DNA of 64,000 nucleotides from an uncultured Actinomycetes bacterium (GTDB lineage Bacteria; Actinomycetota; Acidimicrobiia; IMCC26256; PALSA-610): NCBI GenBank assembly GCA_963781425.1, contig CAWAGX010000015.1, positions 133,262 to 197,261 of the forward strand, read 5' to 3'. Shown piece by piece: positions 56,913 to 64,000 of this stretch (position 1 is its first letter; each line of letters starts with the position of its first letter). The notes under the pieces were generated by a model. It saw only the letters and a program-made list of their open reading frames with translations, ran no database searches and was not told where the DNA came from. The position numbers and the translations under genes were made by a program.

Positions 56913-56935
56913 CGATATATCGAATCGATATATCG
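56913..56935. promoter_or_regulatory. Probable operator: tandem palindromes upstream of padR-ino1
   Basis: CGATATATCG-AAT-CGATATATCG, 8 nt from the padR ATG. Confidence 0.7.
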
Positions 56936-57079
56936 ATGCAAGCTCGTTTCCTGGCTATGTGCACGGATTCCGGACGATCGTGGACGGCAGGCTCGGGACG
57001 GCGCGGCTCGACGCGTGCGTGAACTGCGCCGCGCGTCGCGGATGAGCGCGGCGACGCACGCACCTACACTTTCGCCACG

Positions 57080-57445
57080 ATGCATAGCGTCACCGACTAC
57101 GCGCTGGCCCGCCGTGCCGTGTTGCGCGACTTCCGCCGGGGTACGCTCACCCGTCTCGACGTCTGCGACGCGCACCCGGAGCTCATGCGGGCGGCGCAGT
57201 TCATCGGCACCGACCTCGCCGACGAATGCCCCGTCTGCGGCGCGACGAACCTGCGCCTCGTGTCCTACGTCTACGGCGACAAGCTGAAGCAGGCGAACGG
57301 CCGGGCGATCAGCAACGAGGCCGAGCTGCGGAAGCTCGGCGCGTCGTGCGACGAGTTCGCTTGCTACGACGTCGAGGTCTGCGTCGAGTGCCGGTGGAAC
57401 CACCTCCGCCGCCAGTCCCTCCACGGCCGCCTCCACGCGAGCTGA
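57080..57445 (+). CDS. DUF5318 family protein
   Basis: DYALARRAVL, VCDAHPELMRAA, CPVC, VEVCVECRWNHL. Confidence 0.9.
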   Translation: MHSVTDYALARRAVLRDFRRGTLTRLDVCDAHPELMRAAQFIGTDLADECPVCGATNLRLVSYVYGDKLKQANGRAISNEAELRKLGASCDEFACYDVEVCVECRWNHLRRQSLHGRLHAS

Positions 57446-57457
57446 CCGATCGTCGTC

Positions 57458-58273
57458 GTGCCGGACGAAGCCGAGGTCGCGCGCCGCGGTGACGTCGTGA
57501 CCCCGGCGGTCGCTCGCACGTGACCTGCGCGCGCTGGGGGTACCCGAGGTGGCGCCACGGTGATCGTCCATTCGTCGCTCTCGAGACTCGGGTGGGTCGC
57601 CGGTGGTGCGCAGGCGGTCGTCAAGGCATTGCGGCAGGTCGTCGGCCCGCAAGAAACGCTCGGTGATGCCGGCCCATTCGGGTCATCTCAGCGAACCGAG
57701 CCTCTGGAAGCACCCGCCGGTGCCCGAGGCCTGGTGGCCGGTGATCCGTGCCGAGACGACGTTGTTCGACCCTCAGGTCACGCCGACGCGGGAGATGGGG
57801 GCCGTCGTCGAGTGCTTCCGGCACGTCCCGGGCGTCGTCCGGAGCGCGCACCCGCGGCACTCGTTCGTCGCGCTCGGGCCTCTGGCCGGCGCAATCGTCG
57901 CCGACCACCATCTCGAGGCGGGCCTGGGTGAGCACTCGCCGCTGGCGCGGTGCTACGACCGCGACGCGCTGGTGCTGTTGCTCGGTGTCGGCCACGCCAA
58001 CAACACGTCGTTGCACCTCGCCGAGGCGCGCGCGGACTTCTCGCGCAAGACGCTCCGGAACGGTTCGCCGATGCTCGCCGACGGAGCACGCAAGTGGGTT
58101 GAGTACGACGAAGCCGAGATCGACAGCAGCGACTTCGACAAGATCGGCGACGCGTTCGCCGAGACCGGGCAAGAGCGAACGGGCGACGCCGGAGGCGGCA
58201 CCGCGCGGCTGATGTCGCAACCCGCGATCGTCGACTTCGGCGGTCGACGTGGATGAACGCCAATCGCAGCTAG
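57458..58273 (+). CDS. AAC(3)/YokD-family N-acetyltransferase; frameshifted
   Basis: [47 protein letters not shown]. Confidence 0.85.
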
Positions 58274-58276
58274 CCG

Positions 58277-58473
58277 TCAGCTCGCCTCGTAGGGCTCCTC
58301 GCCGGCCGGCTCGCAGGGGTACTGCGACACGCACGAGACGCACCACAGCTCCGGCTCGGGGACGACCGTGTGCGACGGCCGGTGCTCCCACGCTCGGGGA
58401 CGACGTAGATGCGCCGCACGAGCACCAGCTCGTCGTCGACGAACCCGCAGTTCTCGCACGCTCGCTCGGTCAC
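58277..58473 (-). CDS. Small CxxC...CxxC putative zinc-binding protein; one frameshift
   Basis: [10 protein letters not shown]...RRIYVVPE joined to ...[15 protein letters not shown]. Confidence 0.6.
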
Positions 58474-58579
58474 GGGAGTGATTCTGACGCCGATTGTCCT
58501 GGTATGTCAGGAGCGACGTTGGGTACCCTGGCGTTGCCGCCGGGAGCCGAACGTGCCCTGGACGGTGGAGGTGGTGGAG

Positions 58580-59474
58580 ATGACCGCTCGCGCAGCGCGC
58601 CGTGTCACGGCGCCCGACGTCGCCGCTCGCAAAGCCGAAGGCGGCGAGCGTCGCCCCTCGTGATGGTGACCGCGTACGACGCGCCGTCGGCCCGCACGGT
58701 CGACGCCGCCGGCGCCGACATGATCCTCGTCGGCGACTCCGTCGCGATGGTCGTGCTCGGCTACGACGACACGCTGCAGGTCACCACCGACGACATGGCG
58801 CATCACGTCGGCGCGGTCGCGCGGACGCATCCCGCGCGCTCGTCGTCGCCGACCTCCCGTGGCTGAGCTACCACGTGAGCGCGGCGGAGACCGTGCACAA
58901 CGCGGCGCGCCTGCGTGCGCGCCGGTGCGGGCGCGGTGAAGCTCGAAGGCGGGCGCAAGCGTCTCGACGCGGTCCACGCCATCCTCGACGCGGAGATCCC
59001 GGTGATGGGCCACATCGGCCTCACCCCGCAGTCGATTCACGCGCTCGGCGGGTTCAAGGTGCAGGGCAAGGGACTCGACGCGGCCAAGGCGCTCGCGGAC
59101 GACGCGGTCGCGCTCGCCGAGGCCGGCGTGTTCGCGATCGTGCTCGAGTGCGTGCCCGACGGGGTGGCGCGGATGATCACCGAGTCGGTCGCGGTGCCGA
59201 CGATCGGCATCGGCGCCGGTCGGCACTGCGACGGCCAGGTGCTCGTGTGGCACGACCTGCTCGGCTTCGCGGGGACCGCCGGCGCGCCCCGAAGTTCGTA
59301 CGGCAGTACGCGACGCTCGAAGTCGAAGCGACGGAGGCGATCGAGCGTTTCTGTGCCGACGTGCGGGCCGGCACGTATCCGGCGAGCGCGGAGACGTACC
59401 ACATGACCGATCGGATGGCCGACGCGCTCGGCCTGTACGGCGGGACGACCGTCGAGCCCGAGCTCGCGCAGTAG
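58580..59474 (+). CDS. panB: 3-methyl-2-oxobutanoate hydroxymethyltransferase; frameshifted
   Basis: [45 protein letters not shown]. Confidence 0.93.
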
Positions 59475-59477
59475 TAC

Positions 59478-59986
59478 GTGCACGTGTCGTCGCGCGCCCG
59501 GTGGGTCGCCGCGTTGCTGGTCACCGCCGCGGTGTTGCTGGTCGCGTGCGGAAAGCGGTGACGGCAACGATCGTGGCCGGCTGCGCGTCGCATCGAACCG
59601 CGGCAGCCGAAGCGCCGTTCGCCGGCTTCGGCGAGACGCGGCTCGCGCTCGGCGATCGATGCCTGCGCGTGCTGGTCGCGGCGACGCAGGACCAGCGCGT
59701 CCAGGGATTGCGCGACGTGCGATCGCTCTGCGCCGTACGACGGGATGATCTTCGTCTACGAGCACGACACCGACGCTCGCTTCACGATGGCGAACACACC
59801 CCTCCGCTCGACATCACGTTCTTCGCCGCGGATGGCAAGCCCGTCGACCGGACGCGGATGACGCCGTGTCCGACCGGCACCGACGCGACCTGCCCGATCT
59901 ACGAGAGCGCGCACCGCTACCGCTACGCGCTCGAGCGCGTCGCGGGCGCGGCGGGCGGCGGTGCGTTGGCGTCATGCGCCGCGTGA
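59478..59986 (+). CDS. DUF192 domain lipoprotein; frameshifted
   Basis: Lipobox LVAC, RVQGL, YDGMIFV, FTMANT, CPIY, YALE. Confidence 0.75.
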
Positions 59987-60114
59987 CGCTGCAGGGCGCC
60001 CGCCGGCCTTCACGTGACGTTCGTTCGACGAGCCTGGTGACTGTCTCACCCCCCTTGTAGCGTCCTCGCCGATAGGACGCGTCGAGTGATCTGCTAGCTT
60101 CCACCGGTTCACAA

Positions 60115-60196
60115 CCGAGATCCTGCCCCCACGACGGCTCCGGCCGGGCAACGGGGCCCGCGGCAGACGGGCTGCGGTCCGAAGGAGGTACCGGCC
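60115..60196 (+). promoter_or_regulatory. Possible S6:S18 ribosomal leader
   Basis: GC-rich structured 5' UTR with TCCTGCCCCC able to pair with the AGGAGG SD of rpsF. Confidence 0.4.
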
Positions 60197-60554
60197 ATGC
60201 CGACGCCGGCAATGCGGCCGTACGAAGTCATGATCATCATCGACGCGGACCTGGAAGAGGAGACGATCCGGGCTGCCGTCGAACGGTGGCTCCAGCTGAT
60301 CGAGTCACGCGGCGCCGAGCGCGGCCACGTCGACTACTGGGGCAAGCGCCGTCTCGCCTACGAGATCAAGCGCAAGCCCGACGGCTACTACGTAGTGGTC
60401 CAGGCCCGTGCCGAACCGCAGGCGATGGACGAGCTGCATCGGGTGCTCTCCCTGGCAGACGAAGTCATCCGCCACAAGGTGCTCCGCATCCCGGAGAAGG
60501 TCTACGGGCCTCCGACGGGCAGCGGGCAGTGCACCGGCGGCGGAACACGCATAG
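60197..60554 (+). CDS. rpsF: 30S ribosomal protein S6; indel in the tail
   Basis: MRPYEVMII, WGKRRLAYEI, DEVIRHKV. Confidence 0.95.
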
Positions 60555-60566
60555 GGAGTAGCGAAC

Positions 60567-61052
60567 ATGGCAACGGATTCGAACAGCATCACGATCTCCG
60601 GCAACATCACGCGTGAGCCGGAGATGCGCTACACGCCGAGCGGCGATCTCGAAGGTCACCTTCGGGGTCGCGGTGAATCGCTCGTGGCGCAATCAGCAGA
60701 CCCAGGAGTGGGAGGAGCAGACCAGCTTCTTCAACGTGGTCGCGTGGCGGCAACTCGCCGAGAACGTCAGCGCGTCGCTGACGAAGGGCTCGCGGGTCGT
60801 CGTGAGCGGCCGGCTCGAACAGCGCAGCTGGGAGACCGAATCGGGCGAGAAGCGCTCGATCGTCGAGGTCGTCGCCGACGACGTCGCGCCGAGCTTGCGC
60901 TTCGCCACGGCCGAGGTCCACAAGGTCGAGCGCAGCGGGCCGGGTGGCGGTGGTTCCGGCGACGGCGGCGGCGGGGGGAAGCGCGCCCCGCGCCCACCCC
61001 GGCCGGCGGTGGCGCGAGCGACTACGACGAGTACGGCGAAGAGCCGTTCTAG
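60567..61052 (+). CDS. ssb: Single-stranded DNA-binding protein; frameshifted
   Basis: GNITREPEMRYTPSG, WRQLAENV, LEQRSWE, acidic tail EEPF. Confidence 0.95.
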   Translation: MATDSNSITISGNITREPEMRYTPSGDLEGHLRGRGESLVAQSADPGVGGADQLLQRGRVAATRRERQRVADEGLAGRRERPARTAQLGDRIGREALDRRGRRRRRRAELALRHGRGPQGRAQRAGWRWFRRRRRRGEARPAPTPAGGGASDYDEYGEEPF

Positions 61053-61091
61053 CGAGACCCCGTTCTCGCGACACGACGAGTCAGAGGCGAA

Positions 61092-61502
61092 ATGGCACAG
61101 CGCAGAGAGAAGAAGGGCGCGCCGGCAAAGACCGGCGCCCGATCAAGAAGAAGACGTCGATCCTCACGACCGAGAACATCGATTGGGTCGACTACAAGGA
61201 CGTGAACCTGCTGCGGCGGTTCATGTCGGAGCGGGCGAAGATCCGGGCGCGGCGTGTCACCGGCAACAGCCAGCAGCAACAGGTGGCGGTGGCGCGCGCG
61301 ATCCGCGTCGGCACGCGAGATGGCGCTGCTGCCGTACAGCGTGCGGCAGGTGACGCAGCGGTCGAAGGGCCGCCGCGACCGCGGTGACCGGGGTGACCGT
61401 GACGACCGCGAGATGCGTCCCGAGCCCGAGCGCGCCGAGAGCGGGCCGAGTGTCGGAGGCCGACGAGCTCGTCGGTGCCGAACGAGGAGCTGGCCGACGT
61501 GA
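61092..61502 (+). CDS. rpsR: 30S ribosomal protein S18 (Cys-free form) with charged C-terminal extension; frameshifted
   Basis: VDYKDVNLLRRFMSERAKIRARRVTG, AREMALLPY. Confidence 0.92.
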
Positions 61503-61529
61503 CGTGCCGACACCGCAGGACGGCGAGGA

Positions 61530-61980
61530 GTGAAGGTCGTCCTCCGGGCCGACGTCGACAACCTCGGCAAGAAGGGCGACATCGTCGACGTCGCCGACGG
61601 CTACGCACGCAACTACCTCGTGCCGCGCGGGCCTGGCGTTGAAGGCGTCGGCGGGGAGCCAGAAGCAGGCCGACGCGATGCGGCGGAACCGCGAAGTCCG
61701 CGACACCCGCGACCGCGAGGCCGCGCAGGCGCTCGCGGCCCAGTTCGAGGGCCGCACGATCACGATCAAGGCCCGCGCCGGCGCCGAAGGCCGGCTGTTC
61801 GGGTCGGTCACCTCGGTCGACGTCGCCGAGGCCGTGCAGAAGCAGACCGGCGCCGAGATCGACCGGCGGAAGATCGACCTCGACGAGCCCTTGAAGGAGC
61901 TCGGCGGGGTCGACCTCCAGGTCCGGCTGCACCCCGACGTGGTCGCGAACCTCCACGTCGAGGTCGAAGCGGCGAGCTGA
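61530..61980 (+). CDS. rplI: 50S ribosomal protein L9; frameshift near 61635
   Basis: [34 protein letters not shown]. Confidence 0.95.
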
Positions 61981-61984
61981 CGCT

Positions 61985-62149
61985 CCCTCCACACCGTCAT
62001 CCACAGCCGTTGTCCACAGTCTGTGGACCATGCGCGTCCGGGGGCATCCGCGTGGGTGGCGCACCCAGCCGTCACAATCCACAACCATGTGGACGGGCAG
62101 CGTAGGGATCCACAACAAAGACACACGGTTGTGCCTCTTACGACCCACA
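61985..62149. promoter_or_regulatory. DnaA-box cluster between rplI and dnaB
   Basis: CCCTCCACA 61985, TCATCCACA 61997, TTGTCCACA 62010, TGTGGACCA 62022, CAATCCACA 62075, TGTGGACGG 62088, GGATCCACA 62106, CGACCCACA 62141. Confidence 0.75.
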
Positions 62150-62198
62150 GGCTCGACGCGCGACGCTCGCGGGCCGGCGCGGACGGGATAGGGGGATC

Positions 62199-64000
62199 GT
62201 GGCTCAATCGATCGACATCGACCTCGTGGAGGCCGGCGCGCCGCCGGAATTCGGGCGGCCGCATCCCGCCTCACAACCTCGAGGCCGAGGAATCGCTGCT
62301 CGGCGCGATGATGCTTTCGCGCGAGGCGATCACCGCCGCGATCGAGGCGCATCTCGAGGTCGCCGACTTCTACAAGCCGGCCCACGGCTCGATCTACGAG
62401 TCGGCGTTCGCGCTGCACAGCCGGGGTGAGCCGGTCGACCCGGTCACGGTCGCCGAGGAGCTGCGGCGGTCGTCCCAGCTCGACCAGCTCGGCGGTCGCA
62501 CGACGCTGCTGCGTATCCAGGCGTCGACGCCGGCGTCGGCCAACGCCGCGCACTACGCCCAGATCGTCGCCGAGCTGGCGATGCTGCGCCGGCTGATCGA
62601 GACCGCGGGCGAGATCCAGGAAATGGCATACGCGGCCGACGATGCCGTCGACGAGACGCTCGATCGCGCCGAGGCGGCGATCTTCGAGGTCGCCGAGAAG
62701 CGCGTCACGGACTCGCTGGTGCCGTTGTATCCGGCGCTCGAACAGACGATGAACCAGCTCGAGGCGCTCTACGACCGCGAGAGCGACATCGTCGGCACCG
62801 CGACCGGGTACCACGACCTCGATGCCATCCTGCTCGGGCTGCAGCCGTCGACGCTCTCGATCGTCGCTGCCCGTCCCGGCCAGGGCAAGACGTCGTTCGC
62901 TCTCGGCCTCGCCCAGCACGTGTCGGTGCACGGCCGCAAGCCGGTCATGTTCTTCTCGATGGAGATGGGCTACCTCGAGCTCACCAAGCGGCTGCTCGCC
63001 GCCGAAGCCCGCGTGCCGTCGCGCAAGCTGCAGACCGGGCGCCTCGGTGAGCACGAGTGGCCGCGCGTCAACCAGGCCGTGGGACGACTCGCCGAAGCCC
63101 CGTTCTTCATCGACGACAACCCGCATTGCACGGTCATGGAGATGCGGGCCAAGGCCCGCCGCATCAAGGCCCGCTTCGGGGACCTGGGCCTGATCGTGGT
63201 CGATTACCTCCAGCTCATGACGTCGCACAACAAGCGGATCGAGAGCCGCCAGGTCGAGGTCTCCGAGCTGTCGCGCGGCCTGAAGATCCTGGCCCGCGAG
63301 CTCGAAGCGCCGGTCGTGTGCCTCTCGCAGCTCAACCGGCAGCTCGAATACCGCCAGGACAAGCGGCCGATGCTCGCCGACCTTCGGGAGTCCGGGTGCC
63401 TCACCGCGGACACGCGCGATCACGCTCGCCGACGGCGAGATCGCGACGATCGGCGAGCTGTACGAGCGCGACGCCACCGATGTCGATGTGATGACGCTCG
63501 ACGAGCACCTGCAGCTCGTCCCGGGACGGATGACGCGCGTCTTTGCGAGTGGCACGAAGCCGGTCTTCGAGCTCCGTCTCGCGTCCGGCCGGACCGTCAC
63601 CGCGAGCGGCAACCATCCCTTCCTCACGCTCGACGGCTGGGTGCACCTCGAGGATCTGCGCGTCGGCACTCATGTGGCGTCGTCACGACTCGGTGGCCCC
63701 GAGGTCGACGTGTTGCGCGACACGGTGCCCCGCGAGATCTGGGACTACATCGAGCGCAAGGGACTTCTCGTCAACGGCTCACTGCGCGCGCACGACCTCG
63801 TCGAGCGGCTCGGTGAAGGGGAGGGTGGAAACTTCCGCGTGTACGAGCAGGGAGTGTCGCGGGCGCTGATGCGGCGCATCGCCGATGCCCTGCCCGACCA
63901 GTTCCTCGCCGATCTGGGCACGAGCGACGTGCTCTGGGACGACGTCGTCGCGGTGCAAGCGAAGGGCGACGCGCCCGTGTTCGACGCGACGGTGCCCGGC
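62199..64000 (+). CDS. dnaB: Replicative DNA helicase DnaB, intein-containing, truncated at the window end; frameshifted
   Basis: PPHNLEAEESLLG, ARPGQGKT, FSMEM, VDYLQLM, LSQLNR, RPMLADLRESG. Confidence 0.96.
63397..64000 (+). mobile_element. Intein in DnaB (mini-intein; C-terminus just outside the window)
   Basis: RESG/CLTADT block A, TASGNHPF block B, WDDVVAV...PVFDATVPG block F. Confidence 0.9.

Noticed and set aside
40900-64000. Mass pseudogenisation or programmed frameshifting
   Set aside because: Affects indispensable genes at arbitrary positions without slippery-site patterns or in-frame stops; sequencing error is simpler

Overview
High-GC actinobacterial chromosome segment, most consistent with class Acidimicrobiia (inferred from gene order and protein style), spanning the replication origin. 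The core runs gyrA-gyrB-dciA-recF-dnaN-oriC-dnaA / rpmH-rnpA-yidD-yidC-jag-rsmG-parS-parA-parB. It continues with the cwlM-trxAB-sigM-degV-murJ block, GNAT/HDAC, pilT, CCA enzyme, ino1-padR, panB and rpsF-ssb-rpsR-rplI-dnaB, where dnaB carries an intein truncated by the window end. The left 26 kb is accessory and contains tRNA-Ala and tRNA-Ile. Many genes, including essential ones, have 1-nt frameshifts that look like long-read errors, so the ends of those genes are approximate. The best candidate for a new system is a three-gene cassette beside tRNA-Ala: a carbamoyltransferase, an SxtJ-like/SGNH fusion and a 55-aa membrane peptide ending in YPLF, which together resemble the logic of Dlt/Pat acyl-shuttle pathways. 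Other leads are a metal-ligand-dead phosphoesterase fused to an MprF/LysX-type domain, a C-loop sRNA candidate behind a two-component pair, a DnaA-box cluster upstream of dnaB and a sigma28-like promoter before an orphan pilT. All family assignments come from reading motifs; no database searches were run.
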